From positions 15,268 to 79,267 of the forward strand of contig JBAXDL010000004.1 of the NCBI GenBank assembly GCA_037140955.1: a DNA stretch of 64,000 bases, read 5' to 3'. The notes under the pieces are model-generated. The model worked only from the letters and a program-made list of their open reading frames with translations. It searched no databases and was not told the DNA's origin. A program made the translations under genes and the position numbers. Positions 1 to 10,649 of this stretch are shown in pieces (position 1 is the stretch's first letter; the number at the start of each line of letters is the position of its first letter). Origin of the DNA: a bacterium (GTDB lineage Bacteria > Patescibacteriota > Minisyncoccia > Moranbacterales > GWC2-37-73).

Positions 1-77
1 TTTAAAATCAGGAATGTAGATATGTCCTTGTGTATTCATAAAAATAGTTCTAACGTCCTTTACTACCCCGTGCAGAC

Positions 78-107
78 AAGAAAAAGAGGCTTTAGTTAGC
101 CTCTTTT
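78..107 (+). terminator. Rho-independent terminator-like hairpin (agaggct-ttagtt-agcctct, then T-run)
   Basis: 7-bp perfect stem followed by tttttt, upstream of the first gene. Confidence 0.45.
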
Positions 108-135
108 TTGGTAGGGCAGTGCGAAGCTTGAACTG

Positions 136-144
136 TGCTATAAT
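136..144 (+). promoter_or_regulatory. Extended -10 promoter element tgcTATAAT
   Basis: TGnTATAAT match about 30 nt upstream of the ATG at 173. Confidence 0.35.
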
Positions 145-172
145 GTTGATATAAATTTATAAGATAAAAAAT

Positions 173-583
173 ATGAACATTGTTGCTTTTTTAAAATTAT
201 ATTTTGTTGCTGTGCCAATCTTTTTCATTATAGACATGATTTGGTTGGTTGTTATTGCTAAGGGTGTTTATCAAAAATATATGGGTCATTTGATGCGTCC
301 AATGCCAAATTGGCCAGTGGCAATACTATTTTATTTTCTATTTGTAGTTGGTTTGATAATATTTGCTGTTTATCCAGCAGTTAGAGATAACTCTTGGGCA
401 TATGCATTACTATATGGAGCTATGTTTGGATTTTTTACATATATTACATTTGATTTGACCAGTCTTGCTGTGCTGAAAAATTTTCCCTGGGAGATTGTCA
501 TTATTGATATTATATGGGGTACTGTTCTATCTTCGATTGTTTCTGTTGCTGCCTTTTTCATTGGTAGAAATTTTTTGAATTAA
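173..583 (+). CDS. Small polytopic membrane protein (DUF2177-like)
   Basis: 136 aa, four hydrophobic segments, no catalytic motif recognised. Confidence 0.35.
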   Translation: MNIVAFLKLYFVAVPIFFIIDMIWLVVIAKGVYQKYMGHLMRPMPNWPVAILFYFLFVVGLIIFAVYPAVRDNSWAYALLYGAMFGFFTYITFDLTSLAVLKNFPWEIVIIDIIWGTVLSSIVSVAAFFIGRNFLN

Positions 584-590
584 TATAATT

Positions 591-1355
591 ATGACCATTA
601 TTTTCACACAAATAATATCACTTTTAATCTTTATGAATCTTTGGTTTGTTTATGCTGCTGTGAAAAAAAGAAACGATGTGGCTGATGTGGCTTGGGGTCT
701 TGGCTTTGTTCTTGTTGCCTCAATTGGAGCACTAATGAATCCTAATTCTAAAAACATTAGCATCCTTTTTCTTGTTGCTATTTGGGGATTTCGCTTGGCG
801 TATCATATTGCTAATAGGTTTTTCGGCAGCGCCATAGAAGACAAGCGCTATCAGAAAATGCGAGAGTCTTGGAGCGGTTCTATGGCTTTTAATTCTTGGT
901 ATCGTATTTTTATGGTTCAAGTCGGATTACTACTGCTTGTTGGTGCTAGTATACTTGCAGTTAATAATTCTGAAAGTAATAGCTTTAATTTGATTAATAT
1001 AATCGGAATAGTTGTTTGGATTTTTGGTATAAGTTTTGAAGCAATTGGAGATAGGCAGTTAAAGGTATTCTTGAGTAAGGATGAAAACAAGGGACGGATT
1101 ATGACAGCGGGTCTCTGGAAATTTACTCGTCATCCAAATTATTTTGGTGAGGCTACATTGTGGTGGGGTATATGGCTCGTTACTTTTGGCTCGCAATATT
1201 TTTGGCTTGGATTGATTGGTCCAATTACCATTACCATCCTCTTGCGATTTGTCTCTGGTGTTCCTTTGGCTGAAAAGGGATATGCTGACAATGATGAATT
1301 TATTGAGTATGCCAAAACAACTCCAGCTATGGTGCCTAATTTTTTTATTAAATAA
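591..1355 (+). CDS. Membrane protein of the ICMT/PEMT/DUF1295 (steroid 5-alpha-reductase-like) superfamily
   Basis: Multi-TM protein with the RHPNYFGE motif typical of this superfamily. Confidence 0.5.
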   Translation: MTIIFTQIISLLIFMNLWFVYAAVKKRNDVADVAWGLGFVLVASIGALMNPNSKNISILFLVAIWGFRLAYHIANRFFGSAIEDKRYQKMRESWSGSMAFNSWYRIFMVQVGLLLLVGASILAVNNSESNSFNLINIIGIVVWIFGISFEAIGDRQLKVFLSKDENKGRIMTAGLWKFTRHPNYFGEATLWWGIWLVTFGSQYFWLGLIGPITITILLRFVSGVPLAEKGYADNDEFIEYAKTTPAMVPNFFIK

Positions 1356-1357
1356 TA

Positions 1358-1720
1358 ATGAATAAATTAACATCTGAAGAAAAAAGAATCATCATTGACA
1401 AGGGCACAGAAGCTCCTTTTTCTGGGGAATATGTCAACAATCAAGAAACTGGTATTTATGTCTGCAAACAATGTGGAGCACCACTATATAATTCAAAAGA
1501 TAAGTTTGAATCTTCTTGTGGTTGGCCAAGCTTTGATGATGAAATTGAGGGTGCAGTAAAAAGAAGTTTGGATGCTGATGGTAATCGGACAGAAATTACC
1601 TGTGCTAAATGTGGGGCGCATCTCGGACATGTTTTTGAAGGTGAGCATTTAACCGAAAAGAATATTCGTCATTGTGTGAATTCAATTTCAATGAAGTTTA
1701 TTCCAGGGGAAAGTTTATGA
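1358..1720 (+). CDS. msrB: Peptide-methionine (R)-S-oxide reductase MsrB
   Basis: CxxC...CxxC zinc site, CGWPSF and HLGHVF motifs; stop overlaps the msrA start (ATGA). Confidence 0.85.
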   Translation: MNKLTSEEKRIIIDKGTEAPFSGEYVNNQETGIYVCKQCGAPLYNSKDKFESSCGWPSFDDEIEGAVKRSLDADGNRTEITCAKCGAHLGHVFEGEHLTEKNIRHCVNSISMKFIPGESL

Positions 1721-2202
1721 ATAAAAAAATAGTATTAGCTGGTGGATGCTTTTGGGGATTGCAAGACCTTATTCGAAAACAAGATGGTGTGATTGCAACA
1801 AAGGTTGGATATGCTGGAGGAATGGTTGATAGTCCAACTTATGAAAATCATGAAGGTCATGCAGAAGCGGTGGAGATTGAATATGATGACGAGAAAACAT
1901 CTTTCGAGAAGATGTTGGATTTCTTTTTTCAAATTCATGATCCCACCACATTGAATCAACAAGGAAATGACAGGGGATTATCATATCGCAGTGCTATTTT
2001 TTATGCTAATAATGAGGAAAAAAAAGAAGCTGAAAAAATGATTGATATTGTGAATGAGTCTGGGCGTTGGAAAAAATCAGTAGTAACGGCGCTAGAGCCA
2101 ATGGAAAAATTTTATCTTGCTGAAAAATATCACCAGGATTATTTACAAAAAAATCCTGAAGGTTACACTTGTCATTTCATTAGGTTTGGGAGTTATTTAT
2201 AG
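1717..2202 (+). CDS. msrA: Peptide-methionine (S)-S-oxide reductase MsrA
   Basis: N-terminal GCFWG catalytic motif and YHQDYL; translationally coupled to msrB. Confidence 0.85.
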   Translation: MNKKIVLAGGCFWGLQDLIRKQDGVIATKVGYAGGMVDSPTYENHEGHAEAVEIEYDDEKTSFEKMLDFFFQIHDPTTLNQQGNDRGLSYRSAIFYANNEEKKEAEKMIDIVNESGRWKKSVVTALEPMEKFYLAEKYHQDYLQKNPEGYTCHFIRFGSYL

Positions 2203-2305
2203 ATTTAATTGAATCAAGTTTAGCGCTGTAAAAGACAGTATAAATCTGTATTGGCTAATTAATAACTAGCTTCATCTTTGTTTAAGGAGCGTGCAATCGG
2301 CAGTA

Positions 2306-2314
2306 TGCTATAAT
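2306..2314 (+). promoter_or_regulatory. Extended -10 promoter tgcTATAAT for the ABC transporter operon
   Basis: TGnTATAAT ending 8 nt before the ATG at 2323; possibly a leaderless or very short-leader mRNA. Confidence 0.35.
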
Positions 2315-2322
2315 AGAAAGAT

Positions 2323-3567
2323 ATGAATATTACAGAATTAAAAGTTGGTTTTTTCTTGGCATATCGCCAGATCAAGAGGTCTAACTTCTGGATTACTTCT
2401 TTGATTGTTTTGGTTATGATGGTTACGTTTCTTAATCTTGTTGTTATCAGTGGGATATTGATTGGATTGATTGCTGGTTCAAGTAATGATTTTCGCAGTC
2501 ATTATTCTGGTGATGTTTTTATTAAACCAAAAACTGAATATAAAGTTATTAGAGATGCTGACAAAATTGTCGGCATTGCCAAGGGTTTGCCTGAGGTTGT
2601 TGATATTAGTACTCGCTATCTTTTACCTGTATCATTGGAAAATGATTACAAAAAAGAACTTTCTGAAAATAAGTCAAAAAACATTTCATCAACTATTCTG
2701 GCTGGAATTACTCCTGCAGATGAGGATAAGGTTACAGGTTTGAGCTCTTTTTTGGTTGAGGGTGATTTTTTGTCAGAAGATGATACTGACAAAATTTTGG
2801 TTGGCAGTAGTCTTTTGAGTCAATATTCTGATGCATTAAGTCAAAATACGATTAAAAATGTGAAAATTGGCAGCAAGCTCAGAATGACTATTGGTGACAA
2901 TTTTCATGATGTTATTGTTAAAGGTATAATCAAAATAAAAGTAGGTGATGTGAGTCAGCGCATATTTATGAACAAAAAACATATGCTAAATCTGATACAA
3001 TTAAACAAGAATGATGCAAGTGAAATCGCTATTACAATTGATCCAAAAACTGAATCTGCATACATAAAAGAGAGTTTGCAAAATAGCAATATAGATAAAA
3101 GTGCCTTGGTGCAAACATGGGAAGAGGCTCAGGGAAAATTTTTCAAGGATCTTTCTTCTACGTTTACTATCTTGGGAAATGTTATAGGCACTATTGGGCT
3201 AGTTGTCGCGTCAATTACGATTTTTATTGTTATCTTTATCAATGCAATAAGTCGTAAAAAGTTCATAGGTATACTGAAGGGCATTGGTGTTAGCGGATCA
3301 ACAATACGTTATTCATACCTTTTTCAATCTATTTTTTATGCTACTATTGGTTCGCTACTTGGTCTTATGTTACTTTATGGAATACTTGTTCCATATTTTG
3401 ATAAAAATCCAATTGACTTTCCGTTTAGTGATGGTATTTTGGCTGTTACTGCTGCTGGTACCACTTGGAGATTGGGATTGCTTTTTCTGGCTACGCTTAT
3501 TGCGGGATTTTTACCAGCACAAATTGTTATAAGGAGGAATACTTTAGATTCTATTTTAGGAAGATAA
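2323..3567 (+). CDS. ABC transporter permease, FtsX/MacB-like
   Basis: N-terminal TM helix, large extracytoplasmic domain, C-terminal FtsX-type 3-TM bundle; followed by an ATPase gene. Confidence 0.7.
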   Translation: MNITELKVGFFLAYRQIKRSNFWITSLIVLVMMVTFLNLVVISGILIGLIAGSSNDFRSHYSGDVFIKPKTEYKVIRDADKIVGIAKGLPEVVDISTRYLLPVSLENDYKKELSENKSKNISSTILAGITPADEDKVTGLSSFLVEGDFLSEDDTDKILVGSSLLSQYSDALSQNTIKNVKIGSKLRMTIGDNFHDVIVKGIIKIKVGDVSQRIFMNKKHMLNLIQLNKNDASEIAITIDPKTESAYIKESLQNSNIDKSALVQTWEEAQGKFFKDLSSTFTILGNVIGTIGLVVASITIFIVIFINAISRKKFIGILKGIGVSGSTIRYSYLFQSIFYATIGSLLGLMLLYGILVPYFDKNPIDFPFSDGILAVTAAGTTWRLGLLFLATLIAGFLPAQIVIRRNTLDSILGR

Positions 3568-3570
3568 ATT

Positions 3571-4275
3571 ATGTTAAATGCAAAAAATATAACCAAAACT
3601 TTCATCACCGGTGAAGTTGAACAAAAAGTTCTAAAGGGGATTGATTTTTCTGTTGAAGGCGGGGAGTTTGTTTCAATTATGGGAAGATCTGGAGCTGGCA
3701 AGAGCACGCTCTTGTATATCTTGAGCTTATTAGATGAGACTCCTTCCGGACAGGTTTTTATTAAAAATGAAGAAATAACCTTATTGTCTGGAGACGAGGC
3801 GGTTAGTTATCGTCTTAATAATTTCGGTTTTGTTTTTCAGGAATATGCCCTATTGCCAGAATTAAACGCTCTGGAAAATGTTGCATTGCCACTATTAATG
3901 CGCGGTCAAAAAAGAAAGAGTGCTTATGAAATCGCCAAAAAAGCTCTCGAGCAAGTCGGTTTGGAAAATAAATTGGAAAATTTTTCCAGCCAGCTTTCTG
4001 GTGGTGAACAGCAACGCGTTAGTATTGCCAGGGCCGTTGCTCATAATCCAAAAATAATATTTGCTGATGAGCCAACAGCTAATTTAGATACCCAACGTGC
4101 ATGTGAAATTATGAATATTTTTATTGATTTGAATAAAAAAGGTCAAACAATTGTAATGGTGACCCATGAATTGGAATATGCCAAGGCAACACATCGTATA
4201 ATAGAATTGCGTGATGGATTGACTGTGAACGATCGCCGAATACTTGATCCAAAAATGCTTCTCTGTAAATTATAA
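3571..4275 (+). CDS. ABC transporter ATP-binding protein (MacB/LolD-type)
   Basis: Walker A GRSGAGKST, signature LSGGEQQR, Walker B IIFADEPT. Confidence 0.85.
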   Translation: MLNAKNITKTFITGEVEQKVLKGIDFSVEGGEFVSIMGRSGAGKSTLLYILSLLDETPSGQVFIKNEEITLLSGDEAVSYRLNNFGFVFQEYALLPELNALENVALPLLMRGQKRKSAYEIAKKALEQVGLENKLENFSSQLSGGEQQRVSIARAVAHNPKIIFADEPTANLDTQRACEIMNIFIDLNKKGQTIVMVTHELEYAKATHRIIELRDGLTVNDRRILDPKMLLCKL

Positions 4276-4310
4276 TAAAGAGAAGGTTTTTTGTACCATT
4301 TGCTTTAATT

Positions 4311-5174
4311 ATGAAAAAAAATAAAAGACTTAAAATTGGCTTGGTCTTGGGTGGCGGTGGTCCCAGGGGATTGGCTCATATTGGTGTTATTAAAGTTTTA
4401 AAGGAGAATAATATTCCCATTGATTTTATTGCTGGAACAAGTATTGGGGCAATGATTGGTGGATTTTATGCTCACACCATGGATATTAAAAAAGTTGAAG
4501 AAATAGCACTTGGTATGGATCATAGATTGATGTTTTCACTGTTAGACCCATCTTTGGGTGGTGGTCTTTTTGGTGGAAACAAAGTAGAAAGTTTCATCGA
4601 AAAAAATTTGGAAAACATTAATTTTGAAAGCTTAAAGATTCCACTGTCGGTGGTTGCGACTAATTTTAAAAATGGAGATGCTGTGATTATTAATAATGGA
4701 AACCTTTCAACTGCCATAATAGCAAGTATTTCTTTGCCATTAGTCTTTAAGCCAGTGAAAAGAGGGAATAAGCTCTTGGTTGATGGTGGATTGTCATTGC
4801 CTGTCCCTGTTGATGTTGTCAAGGAAATGGGGGCTGATTTTGTCATTGCTGTCAATTTGAATGCTGATTTTTTTTCTGACAACAACAAGCTAGCTGATAA
4901 AATAGGTCTTTATAAAATCGCTGAAAGTTCAATAAATCTTTTGCAACACAATCTTTCTTATCAGAATGTCAGAAATGCCGATATTGTTATTAATCCTCGA
5001 GTTGGAAAAACAAGCTGGAAAAAGTTTCTTGATGGTAAAGATGTTATTTTGGAAGGTGAAAAAGCAACTAGGAAAATAATTTTGCAATTAAAGGAACTAA
5101 TGAATGAGCGAAATGATGCAAATTCAAAATTGCACATTGATGTGCTTGCTAAAATAAAAGAATTATTTAAATAA
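4311..5174 (+). CDS. Patatin-like phospholipase
   Basis: GGGxRG oxyanion motif, GTSIG (GxSxG) nucleophile, DGG catalytic Asp motif. Confidence 0.8.
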   Translation: MKKNKRLKIGLVLGGGGPRGLAHIGVIKVLKENNIPIDFIAGTSIGAMIGGFYAHTMDIKKVEEIALGMDHRLMFSLLDPSLGGGLFGGNKVESFIEKNLENINFESLKIPLSVVATNFKNGDAVIINNGNLSTAIIASISLPLVFKPVKRGNKLLVDGGLSLPVPVDVVKEMGADFVIAVNLNADFFSDNNKLADKIGLYKIAESSINLLQHNLSYQNVRNADIVINPRVGKTSWKKFLDGKDVILEGEKATRKIILQLKELMNERNDANSKLHIDVLAKIKELFK

Positions 5175-5210
5175 TTCTTTTATGATTTTTAGTTTTTTTC
5201 TTTATAATTA

Positions 5211-5450
5211 TTAACGAAGTGCTCTTACGATCGCAATCAAAACAGCTGCTCCAAGAATAGCGACAAGAAAACTATAAATATTGAAGCCAGAAACACCGCT
5301 TTCTCCAGCCAAACTCATTATCTATCCACCCAGCACTGACCCAACAATACCAAAGATTATATCCATGAGTAATCCCTCACTGGTTCCCATGATTGCTGAG
5401 GCAACCCATCCAACAATGGCTCCAAAGATGATCCAAATTAAGATACTCAT
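5211..5450 (-). pseudogene. GlsB/YeaQ/YmgE-family small membrane protein gene interrupted by an in-frame TAG
   Basis: The minus-strand translation aligns along its full length with the YeaQ family. Codon 43 (5322..5324) is TAG exactly where the family has the conserved Trp of the GGW motif. The downstream frame continues unbroken to a TAA. Confidence 0.6.
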
Positions 5451-5585
5451 ATTTTTTTGTTATTTGTCGTTAGTAATACAGTTCATATGTTTTTATATTT
5501 CATATGGCCTTTTTTATTTTCATAAAACTAGTTAATTTTCTTTATTTTGCTATAATACTAATTACGCTATATTTTCAATATTTAC

Positions 5586-7415
5586 ATGAAAAATTCAGAC
5601 AAGGAAGTTGTCATAAATAAAACCAAAAAACACATAAAAGATGTTGTTTTTGAATTGGAAAAAGTAGCAATTGAGAATCAAAAAGCGCTCAAAAAAAGCA
5701 AAAAAATATACAAAACACTTTCATGGGGAGACAAAATTGTTGAAGATGGACTCATTAAATACGGCAAAAAGAGGGTTGGCGAGCTTCAGTACTTGAAAGG
5801 TTCGCCATATTTTGTGCGTTGCGATGTTATTTGGGAAAATGAAAAAGAGATTAAAAGTATTTTCTTTGGAAAATTTGGTTTTGGTGAGAAAGAAATTTAC
5901 TCTTGGATTACTCCTGCTTCAACAATACGATATGAAAATCCTGGACAAGTTAGATACATCAGGCCCGATGGCAATTTGCAAAAAGCAAGTTTGGTGCGTA
6001 AGGATCAGTATATGATTGTTGGTGGTGAGATTAAATTTCTTGCAACTGAGGATATTGATAATCCAAGAGAATTGGTATATCAAGAATATTTTTCAAGTAG
6101 AAAAACCGGTTTTGTTTTGCCTGAAATTGTTGCTCAAATGGAGAAAGCGCAAGATCAAGTTATTCGTGCACATCACATTGGTCCGTTTTTGATTTCTGGC
6201 CCAGCAGGAAGCGGAAAGACGACACTTGCTTTGCATCGCACGGCATATCTTGTGCAAGCTCCTGATTTGTCTAGCCCATATACAAATGATTCAATTGTTG
6301 TGTTTGTGCAGGACAATGGAACAAAGGAATATTTTTCACATCTTCTTCCAGAACTTGGCATTGAAGACGTTTTGATCACAACTTTTTCCGATTGGGCTTT
6401 TTCGATCTTGGATATTGATAGTACTTACGTTTTTAGGTTTGGTCAAAACGAAAGTGAAAAGGATTTATATGAATTTGTAAAATTAAAAGCACTGAATGGT
6501 GCAAAAATAAGTGGATATAGAAAGAATAATATTTATAATATCCTGGAAAATTATTATGGTAAATATTTTTCTCAAAGCCAAAAGGAATTGTTTCAAGAAC
6601 AAAAGAAATTGAGATTATTAGATAGAATTGATCTTTCCTTGTTGCTTGATGCGTATGCTAATGCAAATGGTGGAATTGGAACGATTAAGGATTACTGGAT
6701 TGAACTCAAGAATGGCTCAATGCGCAAGAAAAGAGGGTTTGTGCCATTTGAATATTCCTTGGCTGTCGTGGATGAATTTCAAAATTATCTTCCATTGCAA
6801 TTGTCACTGATAAAATCATGTATTAGCAAAAAAAGTCAATCAATATTGTATATTGGGGATATGGCGCAGCAAGTTCAGCTTGGAACTATAAGTGATTGGG
6901 GTGCTATTGGTGAGAAAATAGAAGATCAACGAGAAGTTATTTTGCATAAGGTTTATCGAAATACTGAGAATATCTTACGATATATTGAAAGTTTGGGATA
7001 TAAAATTGAAATTCCAGAGGGCATCAAGAAGGGCTGCGATGTTGTGGAATGTATTTTTCATAGCATTAATGATGAAATATTACACATTGGAAGTTATATT
7101 TCCAGTAATGATTTTGCAAGTATTGGTATTTTGGCAAAAAATGAACAATATTTGCATGATTTTAAAAAGGCTTTTGATGGCAATAAAAGTGTTCATGTGA
7201 TGACAATGTATGAATCTCAGGGTGTGGAATTTGACATTGTTTTTATTGTTGGCATATCTGCTGACACGTTTTCCTTGTCAGTTGAAATTCCTGTTGAACT
7301 TGTGATTCAAAAGGCCAAGATCAATAGTGATCTTTTATATGTGGCACTTACGCGCGCAATTTCGCAACTTCAAGTTCTTGGCAAGGTGAAGCTTGTTGAT
7401 ATTATGCAAAATTAG
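5586..7415 (+). CDS. SF1 UvrD/Rep-family DNA helicase (HelD-like)
   Basis: Walker A GPAGSGKTT, UvrD-like N- and C-terminal helicase motifs (ALTRA near the C-terminus). Confidence 0.6.
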   Translation: MKNSDKEVVINKTKKHIKDVVFELEKVAIENQKALKKSKKIYKTLSWGDKIVEDGLIKYGKKRVGELQYLKGSPYFVRCDVIWENEKEIKSIFFGKFGFGEKEIYSWITPASTIRYENPGQVRYIRPDGNLQKASLVRKDQYMIVGGEIKFLATEDIDNPRELVYQEYFSSRKTGFVLPEIVAQMEKAQDQVIRAHHIGPFLISGPAGSGKTTLALHRTAYLVQAPDLSSPYTNDSIVVFVQDNGTKEYFSHLLPELGIEDVLITTFSDWAFSILDIDSTYVFRFGQNESEKDLYEFVKLKALNGAKISGYRKNNIYNILENYYGKYFSQSQKELFQEQKKLRLLDRIDLSLLLDAYANANGGIGTIKDYWIELKNGSMRKKRGFVPFEYSLAVVDEFQNYLPLQLSLIKSCISKKSQSILYIGDMAQQVQLGTISDWGAIGEKIEDQREVILHKVYRNTENILRYIESLGYKIEIPEGIKKGCDVVECIFHSINDEILHIGSYISSNDFASIGILAKNEQYLHDFKKAFDGNKSVHVMTMYESQGVEFDIVFIVGISADTFSLSVEIPVELVIQKAKINSDLLYVALTRAISQLQVLGKVKLVDIMQN

Positions 7416-7488
7416 CTATATCAAGAAATGATCTTTCGTGATATACTTGTCACATAGAGTAATAAAAAAAGTCTAAATTTTTTGACAT

Positions 7489-7851
7489 ATGAACAAGCGA
7501 ATATTGATTTTAGAGGATGAAAAGCCGATGTTGAAAGCGCTTACAATTAAACTTGAAAGTGAAAGTCTTGATGTTGTTGGTGTTTCTGATGCCAGTGATT
7601 TTTTTCAGAAAATAGAAGAAGAAAAATTTGATTTGATTTTGCTTGATTTGATGCTTCCTGGAATGTCTGGTTTTGATGTTTTGGAAAAATTAAAAGAAGG
7701 AGACATTAAAACCCCTGTAATTATAGCTTCAAATTTGGGCCAGAAAGATGACAAGAAAAGAGCATTGGATTTGGGCGCTGTGGAATATCTGGTTAAGTCA
7801 GAAACATCTCTTACCGATATTGTAAAAATAGTGAAAAATTTTTTGAAATAA
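7489..7851 (+). CDS. Single-domain response regulator receiver (CheY-like)
   Basis: DD...D(52)...T...K receiver signature (LILLDLMLPGMSG); no output domain. Confidence 0.8.
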   Translation: MNKRILILEDEKPMLKALTIKLESESLDVVGVSDASDFFQKIEEEKFDLILLDLMLPGMSGFDVLEKLKEGDIKTPVIIASNLGQKDDKKRALDLGAVEYLVKSETSLTDIVKIVKNFLK

Positions 7852-7875
7852 AACATCAATAATAAAAACAAAAAA

Positions 7876-9519
7876 ATGCAAATAGAAGAAAAAGCATTGC
7901 TGGAGATAATCACCAGAGAGAAATATCTCTCAGTTGATGATTTGAATGAAGCAATTGAAAAATCAAAAAAAACTCGTTCCTCGGTTTTGTCATATCTTCT
8001 GCAGAATAATTATCTTAGCAAGGACCTTATTGGTCAGGCTATTGCGGAATATTTTTCTGTTCCGTATGCTGATTTGAATTCTAGTCAGCCAGCTGTTGAG
8101 GATATTATGCGAATTCCTGAATCAACTGCCAGGAAGATGAATGTGGTATTATTTTCCGAAAAAGAAAAAGAAGTTATTTTGGCCACCGATGATCCTGCTA
8201 ATAAATTGATTGTGAATAAATTAGCATTGATTTTTCCTGGAAAAAAAATAACATTGGCCTATGGTTTGTCAGAGGACATTGCTAAATGCTTTAATGCTTA
8301 TAGGCAGGATATCACACTTCGATTTGCAGCTATTATAAACAATAAGCAAAAAATTGCTCCAGAGATAGTCTTGGAGATTTTGCGCTATGCAATTGATTTT
8401 TCAGCTTCTGATATTCATTTTGAACCAAAGGAAGATGAGGCAATTATTAGATTTAGAATTGATGGTGTTTTGCAGGAAATAGGGAGAATATCAATTCAAT
8501 ATTATGACAATATTATAAATTATTTGAAAGTGCGTGCTGTTTTGCGCATTGATGAACATCGCAGTGCTCAAGATGGTGCTATTCGTTTTTCTGATGATTT
8601 TGGTGAAATAGATGTTAGAATTTCTATTGTGCCAGTTGTTGATGGTGAAAAAATAGTGCTAAGATTGTTGTCTAGAAATATTAGCATGCTCGGAATTGAT
8701 AATCTTGGTCTTTCAGCTGCTAATCATGCTGTGCTTGAAAATTCTATCAACAAACCATTTGGCATGATTGTTGTTAGTGGTCCAACTGGATCTGGAAAAA
8801 CAACAACATTGTACGCATTGTTGCGCGACATAAATAATTCAGAAATAAACATCACTTCAATTGAGGATCCTGTTGAGTATATAATCTCTGGAGCCAATCA
8901 GATTCAAGTTAACCTGGAAACAGAATTGACTTTTGCCAAGGGTCTTCGCTCTATTGTTCGTCAAGATCCTGATGTTATTTTGGTTGGTGAAATTAGAGAC
9001 AAGGAAACTGCTGAAATATCAGTTAATGCTGCACTGACTGGTCATCTTTTGTTCTCCACTTTTCATGCTAATAATGCGGCATCAACCATTCCTAGGCTTG
9101 TTGATATGGGCATAGAACGCTCATTGTTAGCTTCAACACTTGAATTGATTGTCTCACAAAGATTGTTGCGCAAAATATGTGAAAAGTGTCGCTATAGCGA
9201 ATCAATTTCTGCTGAATATCTCAAGAAATTTCCAGCAAAATTTGCGGGTTTTTTGCATGGCATTTCTGATGTTTATAAAGGAAAGGGTTGTAGTGCTTGT
9301 AATAATACTGGCTATCGTGGAAGAATTGCAGTTTTTGAGGTGATCAAGATGACCATTGAAATGCAAGAATTGATAATAAAAAATTCAACATCCCGTGAAA
9401 TTTGGGAATTAGCCTCATCACAAGGATCAATCTCTATGTTTGATGATGCAAAAAAAAAAGCAGAAGTTGGAATCACAACTTTTGAAGAGGTTTTTCGTGT
9501 GGCACCTCCTCAAGAATAA
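7876..9519 (+). CDS. pilB: Type IV pilus assembly ATPase PilB/GspE
   Basis: GSPII_E N-terminal domain, Walker A SGPTGSGKTTT, Asp box, tetracysteine CxxC...CxxC. Confidence 0.85.
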   Translation: MQIEEKALLEIITREKYLSVDDLNEAIEKSKKTRSSVLSYLLQNNYLSKDLIGQAIAEYFSVPYADLNSSQPAVEDIMRIPESTARKMNVVLFSEKEKEVILATDDPANKLIVNKLALIFPGKKITLAYGLSEDIAKCFNAYRQDITLRFAAIINNKQKIAPEIVLEILRYAIDFSASDIHFEPKEDEAIIRFRIDGVLQEIGRISIQYYDNIINYLKVRAVLRIDEHRSAQDGAIRFSDDFGEIDVRISIVPVVDGEKIVLRLLSRNISMLGIDNLGLSAANHAVLENSINKPFGMIVVSGPTGSGKTTTLYALLRDINNSEINITSIEDPVEYIISGANQIQVNLETELTFAKGLRSIVRQDPDVILVGEIRDKETAEISVNAALTGHLLFSTFHANNAASTIPRLVDMGIERSLLASTLELIVSQRLLRKICEKCRYSESISAEYLKKFPAKFAGFLHGISDVYKGKGCSACNNTGYRGRIAVFEVIKMTIEMQELIIKNSTSREIWELASSQGSISMFDDAKKKAEVGITTFEEVFRVAPPQE

Positions 9520-9551
9520 TTGTTTGCCTAAGATTTATTGAAAAATAAAAA

Positions 9552-10649
9552 ATGAAAAACAAAAATAATGAAATTTCAAATTGGGTTGCTCCTTTTTTGT
9601 ATTTTGGTTTAAAAAATCAGGCTTTTAATTTTGTTGAAAATATTTCATATTTCTTGTCTGCTGGAATGTCATTGGCCATGGCTCTTTCGTCGATGGAGGC
9701 TGAAATGTCTGGCTTTAGGATGAAAAGACTTTGCAAGCGCATGCAAGGTGACATTCAGGATGGATTTTCTCTTTCTCAGTCATTTGAAAGGCAAAAATTT
9801 TTTAGTGCAAATGTCATTGCTCTGGTTCGTGCTGGTGAAATAACTGGAAAACTGGCAGAAAACATGCGCTTGGTCGCACTACTCAATGATGAGGATCAAA
9901 AATTAAAATCAAAGCTGAATTCATCTCTCTTGTATGGAACAATAATCTTGGTTTTGACTGTTGTTGTTGGGGTTGGAACAGCTTGGTTTGTTTTGCCAGT
10001 AATTTCCGATGTGTATTCTAAAATAGGTGAGGATTTGCCGCTGATAACTCGTGTTTTAATTTCTGGAGGAACTTTTTTGGTCAACTACGGTGCAATTTTT
10101 CTGCCAATTGCTTTTGCTTTTTTGGTGGCATTTTTGTATTTTATTTTTAGTTTTCCGAAGACAAAGTTTATTGGTCATTTGTTGCTTTTTCATGTTCCAT
10201 TGGTCAAAAAATTAATAAAAGAAAGTGAAATTACGCGTTTTGGTTATATTCTTGGTAACATGTTAAATTCTGGCTTACCGATAAATGAAGCTTTGGCAAC
10301 AATGCCAAACACGACGACATTTAAAAATTATCAAAAACTTTATTTGCACTTGGAATCTAAAATTTTGGAAGGATTTTCTTTTTATGATAGTTTGAAGTCC
10401 TATGGAAAAATAAACAGCCTTTTTCCTGGTAATGTTTTGCAGATGATTTCATCGGCAGAAAGATCTGGAAAATTGTCAGAAACCTTGCTGAGAATAAGTG
10501 GTCTATATGCAACAAAGGTTGAAAACACTTCTCGCAATTTGCCAATAATTTTGGAGCCAATAATTTTGATTTTTGTTGGTCTTGGCGTGGCTTTGTTTGT
10601 GCTTGCAACTATTATGCCTATTTATAATTTGTCCAATATTATAAAATGA
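9552..10649 (+). CDS. pilC: Type IV pilus platform protein PilC/GspF
   Basis: Two T2SS-F repeats, three TM segments; placed directly after pilB. Confidence 0.8.
   Translation: MKNKNNEISNWVAPFLYFGLKNQAFNFVENISYFLSAGMSLAMALSSMEAEMSGFRMKRLCKRMQGDIQDGFSLSQSFERQKFFSANVIALVRAGEITGKLAENMRLVALLNDEDQKLKSKLNSSLLYGTIILVLTVVVGVGTAWFVLPVISDVYSKIGEDLPLITRVLISGGTFLVNYGAIFLPIAFAFLVAFLYFIFSFPKTKFIGHLLLFHVPLVKKLIKESEITRFGYILGNMLNSGLPINEALATMPNTTTFKNYQKLYLHLESKILEGFSFYDSLKSYGKINSLFPGNVLQMISSAERSGKLSETLLRISGLYATKVENTSRNLPIILEPIILIFVGLGVALFVLATIMPIYNLSNIIK

Noticed and set aside
2471-3532. Internal plus-strand ORFs 2471..2743 and 3284..3532
   Set aside because: They are alternate frames inside the FtsX-like permease gene and have no independent support.
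5281-5535. 84-aa plus-strand ORF
   Set aside because: It is antisense to the glsB/yeaQ-family gene, whose minus-strand translation matches a known family end to end.
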